Shown here: positions 17,848 to 26,329 of the stretch, piece by piece
Layout: every line of letters begins with the position of its first letter
How positions within the stretch are numbered: the stretch's first letter is position 1
DNA from: Thermodesulfobacteriota bacterium
GTDB lineage: Bacteria; Desulfobacterota; Desulfobulbia; Desulfobulbales; Desulfocapsaceae
Assembly (NCBI GenBank): GCA_039715055.1
Contig: JBDLID010000004.1
Location: 1 to 51,682 of the forward strand
DNA: 51,682 bases
Direction of reading: 5' to 3'
Program-made: the position numbers and the translations under genes
Notes under the pieces: generated by a model
Told to the model about the DNA's origin: nothing
Database searches by the model: none
What the model saw: the letters and a program-made list of their open reading frames with translations, nothing else

Positions 17848-17992
17848 AGGGTGTAGGGTTCAGGGTATAAGGTTTAGGGTATAAGGTTTAGGGTATAAAA
17901 GCAGGGTGCAGGGTTTAAGGTATAGGGTTTAAGGTTTAAGGGCTAAGGGTATAAGACGGGGTGCAGGGTTGAAGGTACAGGGTTTAAGGATT
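17848..17992. repeat. Degenerate tandem array of ~7/14-bp G-tract repeats (GGTTTAGGGTATAA and variants) containing the telomere-like TTTAGGG. Thirteen GGG tracts occur on the + strand, which is the lexA template strand.
   Basis: Read directly from the sequence. Exact tandem 14-mers occur at 17871-17884 and 17885-17898. The array begins 7 bp upstream of the lexA ATG. Confidence 0.8.
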
Positions 17993-18004
17993 AAAAATCA
18001 CCAA

Positions 18005-18042
18005 TGTACATATACATTATCTTGACAATGGGGAAATGTCAA
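18005..18042 (-). promoter_or_regulatory. Candidate lexA promoter on the - strand: TTGACA (18042-18037), a 17-nt spacer, then TAATGT (18019-18014). The palindrome TGTACATATACA (18006-18017) overlaps the -10 and is a candidate SOS operator.
   Basis: Hexamer matches and the TGTA-N4-TACA dyad were read from the sequence. The position is consistent with autoregulation. No validated LexA-box consensus exists for this lineage. Confidence 0.3.
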
Positions 18043-18084
18043 TACACTTTGTCTGGCTGTTACCCTCACTCCTGGCCCGCTGGA

Positions 18085-18122
18085 CAAAAAAAGGGGGAAA
18101 CCGGAAATACCGGCTTCCCCCC
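18085..18122 (-). terminator. Rho-independent terminator for the DUF1566 gene: GGGGGAAGCCGG / CCGGTTTCCCCC hairpin with one mismatch, followed by a U7 run on the - strand.
   Basis: Inverted repeat at 18093-18104 and 18110-18121. An A-run at 18085-18092 gives the T-run on the - strand. Confidence 0.6.
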
Positions 18123-18150
18123 TGGTTGGAAGTTTAGATGGATGTAACTG

Positions 18151-19095
18151 CTACTCGATGGTTCGGCAGAGACGACCGAAACCTCCGGGAATGGTGCCTG
18201 ATGACCAGAACGATCTTCCCTGCTTGTAATCAACAAACCAGTAGCCACCGGGCTTTCGTTTGGCGGCCACAAAGATGAACGGCTGTTCCTTGGAAAAACA
18301 GTTGTCGAGATAAAGGCCTTTAGGGTTGCGCTCCCTTTCCATGAGCGACATGGCCTCTTCCAGCGTTGGCAGGCGCCATTTGTCGTGCCCACCATATCCT
18401 TCTTTGCCGTCGATCTGCTCAATAACGCGCTGCATACTGCGGATTGAATTGATGTCCAGGCCGCCCCGCTGCCACATGAGGCCGGTACGAAGATCAGTGA
18501 CTGTTAACCCGTCATCATTGTCAACCAGATGATTACCAAAGTCACCTTCCGGGTTGAGTTCGGCGTCAAAAAAATTCCACTTTTTGATCACCGCCTCGGC
18601 CTCTTCATCGGTAAACAGGTCGAATTCAGATGGAAATACTACCTGCTCCCCCTCAAACGTTGAGCTGCCGGCCTTGGGCAGATCTCCCATGTACTCCTGC
18701 TCAGCCTGACTCTCTTTTAAAGGAACCACAAAAGCATTATCCTTGGCTTCCACGACATTGCTCTTCAGCCATTGCTTGAGAGCATCGTCAATGGCGTAAC
18801 TTCGCTCAAAAAATGAGGAACTGCCCTGGCTGCGGACACATTCCTTCACCATATCGACTGGGGCCTCAATCTCAGCTACAACCTTGGCGTGCTTGACCCC
18901 TCGCTCCATGAGACATAACTTGGGTACTTCTCCCCAGTTATCGATAAAAAAATAAAGAATCCGCTCGCTGTTATTTCGAACCCTCTCTCTGCCCCCCCAT
19001 GATTCGTAAGTACCGAAAGTCATGTCGGGAGTCATCTCCCAGTCAATTGTTTTTATTGTATCATTTCCAATATCCAGATTCTTGAACATACCCAT
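18151..19095 (-). CDS. Hypothetical protein with a C-terminal DUF1566 (Lcl-like) domain. The N-terminal ~190 aa are unrecognised.
   Basis: The C-terminal motif TGLMWQRGGLD...WRLPTLEEAMSL is typical of DUF1566. There is no signal peptide. Confidence 0.55.
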   Translation of the reverse strand: MGMFKNLDIGNDTIKTIDWEMTPDMTFGTYESWGGRERVRNNSERILYFFIDNWGEVPKLCLMERGVKHAKVVAEIEAPVDMVKECVRSQGSSSFFERSYAIDDALKQWLKSNVVEAKDNAFVVPLKESQAEQEYMGDLPKAGSSTFEGEQVVFPSEFDLFTDEEAEAVIKKWNFFDAELNPEGDFGNHLVDNDDGLTVTDLRTGLMWQRGGLDINSIRSMQRVIEQIDGKEGYGGHDKWRLPTLEEAMSLMERERNPKGLYLDNCFSKEQPFIFVAAKRKPGGYWFVDYKQGRSFWSSGTIPGGFGRLCRTIE

Positions 19096-19467
19096 CTTGA
19101 TCTCCTTGCACTGGTTAACGCTTATTTTTTTTGTGAAAAATGCGCCAAAAGAAGGTTGACTATTTTTTATTTAGGATCAATTATAGTTACTATTCTCAAA
19201 ACTGTCCAGCAAAATTTCTGCGCTGCAGAGGAAGAGATTCAGAAAGAATTTGGCACGATCTGATGGGTATGTTACTTTGCAGTCAACAAACAGATCACTC
19301 GCTTTATCCCAATGGGTTTATAAGAAAATTGGTAACTATTCAGCTGCACTCCATCTTGCCCCATTTAAGCCTTCTCACATAGCACAAGTATGCTTCGAAG
19401 CCTTAAATGACCCAATCTGAAGCACATCTGAACAGTTAAGAAAATTGAAGTGTTACCCGGCTGAGAT

Positions 19468-19992
19468 ATGAAGAAATTTTCCCTGTTATTTGTTGGTGAT
19501 TCCCTCATTGCAGATTTCAATTGGCAATCACGGATGCCCAACTTCATGGTTCACAATTACGGTGTTCCCGGTGAAACCGCCCTGGGTCTGCTGGATCGAC
19601 TGCACCTGGTTCACCAGGAAATCTCCAACCCGGACGCCATCCTCGTAATGATCGGTACCAACAACCTGCTCATTGAGGATTACAGTTTTACCGAGGCGCT
19701 CAAGGAAATCATCACCAAGCTGACCAACCTCTACCCGGGAACAGAGGTCATCGTCAACTCAACCCTTCCCTTCAAGGCTCCCTGGCTGACTGAAAAAACT
19801 CTTAAACGCATCAACAAAACCACTGAAACCATGACTCTCAAGACCGGGTCCTGCTACCTTGATATGTACTCCAAGTTCGAAAATTCCAAGGATCAGCTGT
19901 TTGCACTTGACGGCATTCACCTTACTGAACTGGCTTACGATATCTGGAGCAGATCCATTCTCGAGTTCATTGCCTTTCTGGTCGAAGACTGA
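19468..19992 (+). CDS. SGNH/GDSL-family hydrolase (esterase/lipase).
   Basis: The GDSL block is FVGDSLIAD, followed by a GTNN block and a DGIHLT (DxxH) block. Confidence 0.8.
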   Translation: MKKFSLLFVGDSLIADFNWQSRMPNFMVHNYGVPGETALGLLDRLHLVHQEISNPDAILVMIGTNNLLIEDYSFTEALKEIITKLTNLYPGTEVIVNSTLPFKAPWLTEKTLKRINKTTETMTLKTGSCYLDMYSKFENSKDQLFALDGIHLTELAYDIWSRSILEFIAFLVED

Positions 19993-20041
19993 GACAGTAC
20001 ACCACCCCCAAATACAAAACAAATTCAAACAAGAGGAAGAC

Positions 20042-20887
20042 ATGTTCAAGAAATTCTATCAACCGTCCGTTGTGGCGATTTTTGCAACTCTGGCCCTATC
20101 CGCCACCCCATTCAGCGCCGGCGCCTTTCCAAAAGACGGCGGCGCCTCCGCAGGAATGACCGCAGCCCAAAGCGGCGGTGTTAAAGCCAAGGTTCTGGAA
20201 ACAATGAATTCAGGCGGGTACACTTATTTTCATGCCGAGACCGCAGACGGCAAGATCTGGGTGGCTGTTCCTGAAGCCAAGATCAGCAAAGGCCAGGAGG
20301 TCACTTACCTGCCGGGTATGGTCATGAAGAATTTTGAGTCCAAGACCCTTGGGCGCACCTTTGAGTCCGTTGTCTTCTCCTCCGGACTTGCAGGAAATGG
20401 TAAGGGCGGCAATCCGCATAAGGCTGCTCCCAAGGCAAGCACGGGCGGAGACTCCTTTGACACAGCCCTCCAGGCTGAAACCGGCATGGCCATGCAGGCT
20501 GCTCCCAGTCCCCAGGCTGCAGGTTCCGGCGGTTCAATGGGTGCCATGGTTCCCCAGGCCGACATCAAAACCGACAAGGCTGCCGGGGAAAACAGCTACA
20601 CTGTTGGTGAGATTTTTGAAAAACGCAAAGACATCAGCGGCAAGACCGTTCGTGTACACGGCAAAGTGGTTAAATTCAGCCCTTCGATCATGGGCAGAAA
20701 CTGGATTCACCTCCAGGACGGTACCGGCGACGCTCTCCAGAACACCCATGACCTGGTAGTAACTACCAATGACAAGCCCGGCGACAAGAAAGAAATCACC
20801 ATCGAGGGTAAGGCTGTAGCCGATCGTGACTTTGGCGCAGGCTACAATTACGTGGTTATCATTGAAGACGCCAAAATCATCAAATAA
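20042..20887 (+). CDS. Secreted protein with two tandem OB-fold-like (BOF/YgiW-like) domains. The start was set at the ATG at 20042 with an AGGAAG SD.
   Basis: A signal peptide (MFKKFYQPSVVAIFATLALSATPFSA) is present. The second domain (GKTVRVHGKVVKF...WIHLQDGTGD...EITIEGKAV) resembles BOF proteins. The longer ORF from 19859 overlaps the preceding gene. Confidence 0.5.
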   Translation: MFKKFYQPSVVAIFATLALSATPFSAGAFPKDGGASAGMTAAQSGGVKAKVLETMNSGGYTYFHAETADGKIWVAVPEAKISKGQEVTYLPGMVMKNFESKTLGRTFESVVFSSGLAGNGKGGNPHKAAPKASTGGDSFDTALQAETGMAMQAAPSPQAAGSGGSMGAMVPQADIKTDKAAGENSYTVGEIFEKRKDISGKTVRVHGKVVKFSPSIMGRNWIHLQDGTGDALQNTHDLVVTTNDKPGDKKEITIEGKAVADRDFGAGYNYVVIIEDAKIIK

Positions 20888-20945
20888 AACCCTCTGAATA
20901 TCAAGGGTGCTTCAAGGTTCCTTGAAACCAGGGGAATGATACCCC

Positions 20946-21890
20946 ATGAATATCACCATCGTTGGTCCGGGTGCCCTTGGTTGCCTGTTCGGCGTGCTGC
21001 TTGCCAGACACGCCGAACAGGCGGGCCAGGGAGTCCGGATTCTCGATCATAACCCTGAAAGGGCTGAACTTCTCAACCGGGTCGGCCTGAGCTGTACTGA
21101 CGGCGATGGAGAAGAACCGGCTTCAGTCCCGGTCTCTGCCTCCCCCAGTGATGTTGAAACAAGCGATGTTGTCATCTTTTGCGTCAAATCCTACACGTTG
21201 AACCAGGCCTTAGATAATCTTCGCCCCCATCTTCGGCCCGAAACTCTTCTGCTCTTTCTCCAGAACGGCATCTCCCATCTTGACATACAGGAACGGCTGC
21301 AGCTTGCTCAGCCACCTGCCTACGGAGTCAGCTCTGAAGGAGCCACCCTGCTCGGCACCGGTAAGGTGCGTCATGGTGGGCATGGAATCACTCGACTCGG
21401 CTTTCTTTCCTCCGTCTCCCGTGAAAGAAGTGCTCTTTTGACCGCTCTGAGCAAACGATTTGACCAGGCTGGAATTAAAACTTCACTCTCCGCTGACATT
21501 CTTGGTCGCATCTGGCAGAAGCTCTTTGTCAATATTGGGATCAACCCCCTCACCGCTATCTACAATCGCAGCAACGGTCAACTGCTCACCTCCTGTGCGG
21601 CCAGAAGTCGATTGAAAAATCTGGTCAGGGAGGCTGAAGAGGTAGCAAAAGCAAAGAAAATCAATATCCATGAAGATCCGGTAAACGCCACGCTTTCCGT
21701 CTGTCGTTCAACAGCGAGAAATATCTCTTCAATGCTCCAGGATGTCCGCAGCCACCGACAAACCGAGATTGAGGCAATCAGCGGAGCCCTGATCCGCGAG
21801 GCCCAAAATATCGGGATTCAGACCCCATACAATGACAAGGTGTACCGGGAAGTCAAAGCCATTGAGGAGCGGCAGCGCCATGAGAGTTAA
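20946..21890 (+). CDS. panE: 2-dehydropantoate 2-reductase (ketopantoate reductase).
   Basis: The N-terminal Rossmann motif is ITIVGPGALG, and the ORF is 314 aa with ApbA/PanE-like architecture. Confidence 0.8.
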   Translation: MNITIVGPGALGCLFGVLLARHAEQAGQGVRILDHNPERAELLNRVGLSCTDGDGEEPASVPVSASPSDVETSDVVIFCVKSYTLNQALDNLRPHLRPETLLLFLQNGISHLDIQERLQLAQPPAYGVSSEGATLLGTGKVRHGGHGITRLGFLSSVSRERSALLTALSKRFDQAGIKTSLSADILGRIWQKLFVNIGINPLTAIYNRSNGQLLTSCAARSRLKNLVREAEEVAKAKKINIHEDPVNATLSVCRSTARNISSMLQDVRSHRQTEIEAISGALIREAQNIGIQTPYNDKVYREVKAIEERQRHES

Positions 21891-22452
21891 CAGTTCCGAG
21901 ATCGGTTTTGATTTTGACGGTGTCATCGCCGACACTGCTGAGGCCTTTATCCGACTTGCCTGTGAAGAACACCACTTCTGTTCATTTAGCCTTGAGGACA
22001 TCACCAGTTTTGAAGTGGAAAACTGCCTTGATATGCCCGCTGACACCATTGAGCGGATTTTTCTCGACATCCTCCACGACTCCCTGGCCTCCCGGCTCAG
22101 ACCCATGGAAGGATCGGTCGAGGTATTAAGCCGGATGAGCAACATCGCGCCGGTTACCATTATCACCGCAAGACCATTGGAAAAACCGGTTATCGACTGG
22201 CTTGATCACCACTTTGAGGAACCGGCTCGGGAAAAGATCAGGCTGGTGGCCATGGGCAACCATGATGACAAGGCCCGCTATATCCATGACCACGGGCTGC
22301 GCTACTTCATTGACGACCGCAGCGACACCTGCCGCCAGCTGCATGCGGCCGACATTCACCCTTTTGTTTTCTCACAGCCCTGGAATCGCGGGAAACACCA
22401 GTTTGCAAGCGTTGCAAACTGGCAGGAGATCGGTGAAATGGTGGGGGTCTGA
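21880..22452 (+). CDS. HAD-superfamily hydrolase (5'(3')-deoxyribonucleotidase-like). It overlaps the panE end by 11 bp.
   Basis: HAD motif I is [10 protein letters not shown]. The start was set at the internal ATG at 21880 rather than the ORF-track start at 21832. Confidence 0.65.
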   Translation: MRVNSSEIGFDFDGVIADTAEAFIRLACEEHHFCSFSLEDITSFEVENCLDMPADTIERIFLDILHDSLASRLRPMEGSVEVLSRMSNIAPVTIITARPLEKPVIDWLDHHFEEPAREKIRLVAMGNHDDKARYIHDHGLRYFIDDRSDTCRQLHAADIHPFVFSQPWNRGKHQFASVANWQEIGEMVGV

Positions 22453-22456
22453 GAAG

Positions 22457-22879
22457 ATGAAATGCCCGAAATGCAACCAGGAGGTCAACCCGTACCAAAA
22501 TCCCATCCCCACGGTTGATATCATCATCGAGGTAGGAGAAAAGATTGTCCTCATCAAGCGCAAAAATCCGCCTCCGGGCTGGGCTCTTCCTGGGGGCTTT
22601 GTTGACTATGGCGAGTCCTATGAAGAGGCTGCGCGACGTGAAGCCCTTGAGGAAACGGGTCTTGCGATCAGAAAGCTCCACCAGTTCCACACTTACTCCA
22701 ATCCCGGACGCGACCCTCGCCACCACACCGCCTCAACCGTCTTTATCGCAGAAGCGGACAGCCCTCCCACAGCCGGCGACGATGCTGCCGAGGCAGCCCT
22801 TTTCTCAAGAGACACCCTGCCCGAGCTGGCCTTTGATCACGGGAAGATCCTGGAAGATTACTTCAACTGCAGATCCTAG
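22457..22879 (+). CDS. NUDIX hydrolase with an N-terminal CxxC zinc ribbon.
   Basis: The Nudix box is [24 protein letters not shown]. The start was set at the ATG at 22457 (MKCPKCN...); the upstream ORF extension overlaps the HAD gene. Confidence 0.85.
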   Translation: MKCPKCNQEVNPYQNPIPTVDIIIEVGEKIVLIKRKNPPPGWALPGGFVDYGESYEEAARREALEETGLAIRKLHQFHTYSNPGRDPRHHTASTVFIAEADSPPTAGDDAAEAALFSRDTLPELAFDHGKILEDYFNCRS

Positions 22880-22901
22880 GAGCCTGTCGATCTTCCGGCT
22901 A

Positions 22902-23468
22902 TTATTTTCCCGGCAGCTCGTACTTGCCGAACTCCCAGTAACGGTGACCGGGTTGACGCGGACCACTCCATCCGGCGGACAGTAGATTGTGGCCGATCAT
23001 TTTATTGAGAATACCGTGTCCGACAAAAAGGAGCGGCCCTTCATCGGCTGCCGCCTCTGCCAGCCTGACAGCACAACTCCTGGCTCTTTGACGAGCATCA
23101 TCCAAAGATTCACAGTTTGGGCAATAGCCGAGAAACCAGAGAATCCGTGCTGTCACGACCCAGACACCAGGCGGTAAACGGGGTGATGGAAAGTTTAATC
23201 CGGGAAGCTCAGCCTCTCTGAAAAGCGGATCTCCATGAGTATCCCCAGAAAACCCCAGTGCCCCTGCAGACTCAATGGACCGTGGAAGGTCGCTGCATAT
23301 CACACTTCGGCACTGGTTTGCCATTTCCAGTGCCTGAACAGGTGGCTCATCTCCTGCTGCCAGGCCCGCCATATTGTACAAGCTGACCCAGTGGGAAATC
23401 GATCTGGCGTTCAGTCGGTCATTATGAGGGGGTTCCGGTCGGCCATGTCTCAATAAAATTATCTGCAT
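22902..23468 (-). CDS. Histidine phosphatase (phosphoglycerate mutase-like) family protein.
   Basis: The RHG motif occurs at the N-terminus (IILLRHGRP), and a C-terminal VGHG motif is present. Confidence 0.75.
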   Translation of the reverse strand: MQIILLRHGRPEPPHNDRLNARSISHWVSLYNMAGLAAGDEPPVQALEMANQCRSVICSDLPRSIESAGALGFSGDTHGDPLFREAELPGLNFPSPRLPPGVWVVTARILWFLGYCPNCESLDDARQRARSCAVRLAEAAADEGPLLFVGHGILNKMIGHNLLSAGWSGPRQPGHRYWEFGKYELPGK

Positions 23469-23541
23469 AACTGTCTTTTGCAGCCAATGGCTGCTCGCCC
23501 CGGAGAACCAGAAAGCAGACCGCTGCTGTCAGCCAAAAAGG

Positions 23542-23673
23542 TTAGTGCCTTACTCCATGAAAACGCCAATAAAAAACAAGACGTAATGAAATAACTTTAA
23601 AATCAAAAAGTTAGCTCAACCACAAAAACACTTATCCAGCGACTCTAAAAAGTTTCACGACTTATCGGGTTAG
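23542..23673 (+). repeat. Copy A of a ~130-bp dispersed repeat (TTAGTGCCTTACTCCATGAAAAC...CACTTATCCAGCGACTCTAAAAAGTTT.ACGACTT.TCGGGT.AG). The second copy is at 50670..50800.
   Basis: By-eye alignment of the two copies gives about 80% identity, with conserved 5' (~35 nt) and 3' (~50 nt) blocks and a diverged middle. Both copies are on the + strand in intergenic DNA. Confidence 0.6.
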
Positions 23674-23711
23674 AGATCTTCCAGCTGCGATATTTGCTGG
23701 AATCTCAAAGA

Positions 23712-24611
23712 TTACGATGCAGGAGCCCGCACGGCCTTGAACAGATGTATCGTAACCAGCAGAAGTGACCCGACAATCATCCCCGTGAGAAGTTCAGCAG
23801 CCACGGCTGGCAGGATTTCAAGGGCATGGTGAACAGCATCAATATTGTGAACAAACATACCGCCGCCCACCAGCAGCATGGCAACGGTACCGATAATACC
23901 CAACAGCCGGATTACTCTCGGCAGGGATGCGGCGAGGAACTCACCGCCCGATTTCAAAACCCTTGCTCGAAGCCCCTCTTTGGTGGCAGAACGTCTTATA
24001 AGAAAATAGCCGGTGTCATCCATTCGGACAATGAGAGCTACAAACCCATAAACACCAACCGTTGCAATCAGTGCGATCATGCTGACGACAATAATCTGGA
24101 GCACCAGGCTCTGACCGACCACAGTCCCCAGGGCAATAACGATAATCTCAATGGAGAGGATAAAGTCGGTACGTACAGCCGCCTTGATCTTTTTCTTTTC
24201 ACGCTGCTCAAGCTCCTCCGGATTGCTCGATTCCTCAGAGCTGCCGTCGACCTCTTCCGTCTTCTCATGCCCCCCATGGCCAGTTAGCCACTCATACACT
24301 TTTTCGACTCCTTCAAAACTGAGATAGGCGCCACCGAGCAGCAATATGGGAACAATGAGCCACGGCATGTAAGCGCTGAGCAGAAGCGCGACTGGAAGGA
24401 TAATCAATTTATTGATAATTGACCCCTTGGTAATCGCCCAGATGACCGGTAATTCCCTTGAGGCCTGGAACCCGGTGGCCTTCTCCGCATTGACCGCCAG
24501 ATCATCACCCAGCAGACCGGCTGTTTTTTTGGCAGCAACCTTGCTCATAACCGCAGCGTCATCGAGCAGTGCTGCAATATCATCCAGAATCGCAAAAATT
24601 CCACTGGCCAT
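23712..24611 (-). CDS. DUF808 family inner-membrane protein (YedI-like).
   Basis: Conserved N-terminus (MASGIFAILDDIAALLDD) and a multi-TM profile, 299 aa. Confidence 0.8.
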   Translation of the reverse strand: MASGIFAILDDIAALLDDAAVMSKVAAKKTAGLLGDDLAVNAEKATGFQASRELPVIWAITKGSIINKLIILPVALLLSAYMPWLIVPILLLGGAYLSFEGVEKVYEWLTGHGGHEKTEEVDGSSEESSNPEELEQREKKKIKAAVRTDFILSIEIIVIALGTVVGQSLVLQIIVVSMIALIATVGVYGFVALIVRMDDTGYFLIRRSATKEGLRARVLKSGGEFLAASLPRVIRLLGIIGTVAMLLVGGGMFVHNIDAVHHALEILPAVAAELLTGMIVGSLLLVTIHLFKAVRAPAS

Positions 24612-24907
24612 ATTTTCTGGTCCTCATCACAGGGGTTTATTTTGTGACCAATTTCTTTGGCCACAAATACAATAAGAGTCATTACCGACTGTTTCCCACT
24701 ATAGCCTACTTTCACAGCCGCCTTCAATTGTATTCTTCCGGCCTCACCACAATGGTCTACAGAACAGGGCATCAGCTTGTATTTTCCTCTTACCTTCTTC
24801 TGCGATGTCAACTGTTTCCAGCCGCTATATCGGTAACCTTATTGATGGACAACAGAGCTTTGAGAGTGACTACACCTGCCCAGATAAATTCATAGTCGCG
24901 GTATTTT

Positions 24908-25765
24908 TCAAAAGCGCTCTACAATTATTTCTCGAGCCACGCTCATGAAGGCATGCAGTGCTGCAGTTTCAACATTGTTGACATGGGTTAATATTCCAAC
25001 TCTTCCCTCGCTATTTTCAAGAGGAACAGAGTTGATATGAGGCGCTATGTGGGGCAGGGCCGATACTGACTCAGGCAGCAGACTGACTCCAACACCGCCA
25101 ATGATACATGCCAGAACAGCATCCATTCCTTTTAAAGTCAATTCCCTGGTCACATTGACCTGTAAATGATTGAGGTGCTCGTACAGTATCCGCCGATACT
25201 GGCTTGCCCTTGAAAAGGTCAATGTGGTCACCTCTGCTTGAGCGGAAAATTCGTAATCTACGCCGTGGACCAGCATCAACTTTTCCGGTCTGGAAAATCC
25301 ATAGTTGAGTTTGGGGTGTGCTATGGAAATATCTGTAAGCGCACAGTCCAGCTGATGGTTCAATAACTGTGCAGTCATGGTTTCGACAAAGAGCGACTGC
25401 ACATTGATCTCCACTTCAGGGTAGTGCTTGATAAATGCTTGAAGAATTTTTGGTAACCATGCAGTTGCAGCAGTCTGGGAAACTCCTATATTCAGGAGGC
25501 CGGAGATTTCATTTTGTGAGAATCTGGTTTCAGTGTCCTTTGCCAGTCGAACAATCTGTTTTGCCTGCCCTATGAGTTCACGACCATTGGCGGTAAGGGT
25601 CACCCCCCTGTTCTCACGGTAAAACAGCTGTGCATCAAGAGTGCTTTCCAGCTTCTTAATCCGGGCAGTCACATTGGGCTGAACACAGTTGAGCTTTTCT
25701 GCAGCCCGTGTAAAACCGCCGCTTTCCACAACCGTAAGAAAGACCATCAGGTCATAGATCTCCAT
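24908..25765 (-). CDS. LysR-family transcriptional regulator, divergent from the GNAT/DapF-like unit.
   Basis: The HTH begins the protein (MEIYDLMVFLTVVESGGFTRAAEKLNCVQPNVTARIKKLE), followed by an LTTR substrate-binding domain. The start was set at the internal ATG at 25765; the ORF-track extension to 25936 lacks homology. Confidence 0.85.
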   Translation of the reverse strand: MEIYDLMVFLTVVESGGFTRAAEKLNCVQPNVTARIKKLESTLDAQLFYRENRGVTLTANGRELIGQAKQIVRLAKDTETRFSQNEISGLLNIGVSQTAATAWLPKILQAFIKHYPEVEINVQSLFVETMTAQLLNHQLDCALTDISIAHPKLNYGFSRPEKLMLVHGVDYEFSAQAEVTTLTFSRASQYRRILYEHLNHLQVNVTRELTLKGMDAVLACIIGGVGVSLLPESVSALPHIAPHINSVPLENSEGRVGILTHVNNVETAALHAFMSVAREIIVERF

Positions 25766-25924
25766 GTCATCACCATTTTTGATTGATTCATAAAAATTGA
25801 TTATTTGAAACAATATCACGAGTTGACCATAGTTCAAGTAACTGATCAACAAAAGAACAAAAGGGTGGAAAGGTGCTTTTCCGGTGAAAGAACTGCCCCC
25901 TGACAGCAACGGAGAGCCACAGTT

Positions 25925-26329
25925 ATGGAAATACAATACCGGACGACACAGTCGTTTGAGCGTTCACAGTTACAGCAGTTGTTTCTCGCGGTGGAGTGGT
26001 CTTCCGGCAACTATCCGGACAGGTTGCAGACTGCCATGAAAAATGCTGACACGGTATTTTCTGCTTGGGATGGCACCAAACTGGTTGGGCTGATGCATGC
26101 TGTTTCCGATGGTGTTATGACAGCATATTTCCAATATTTACTCGTCCACCCGGATTATCAGTCGAGAGGAATTGGCAATGCCCTTGTCACCGCAATGCTT
26201 GGTAAATACAAGGACTGCGCCCGTAAAGTGCTGATAGCCTATGACAAGGAAATTGAATTTTATAAGAGTTGCGGTTTTCTGGTCGGACATGGCAAAACAC
26301 CAATGTTCATCACCTACCTGTCAACATGA
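25925..26329 (+). CDS. GNAT-family N-acetyltransferase.
   Basis: Acetyl-CoA-binding motif A-like sequence (YQSRGIGNALV), 134 aa. The stop overlaps the next gene's start (ATGA). Confidence 0.75.
   Translation: MEIQYRTTQSFERSQLQQLFLAVEWSSGNYPDRLQTAMKNADTVFSAWDGTKLVGLMHAVSDGVMTAYFQYLLVHPDYQSRGIGNALVTAMLGKYKDCARKVLIAYDKEIEFYKSCGFLVGHGKTPMFITYLST

Noticed and set aside
17848-17992. Telomere-like repeats, considered as a CRISPR array.
   Set aside because: The units are 7-14 bp degenerate tandem units without spacers, and no cas genes are present. It is reported as a simple-sequence repeat instead.
19859-20041. Upstream extension of the secreted OB-fold protein ORF, overlapping the GDSL gene.
   Set aside because: A signal peptide begins at the ATG at 20042, which has a good SD. 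The extension overlaps the GDSL hydrolase coding sequence in another frame.
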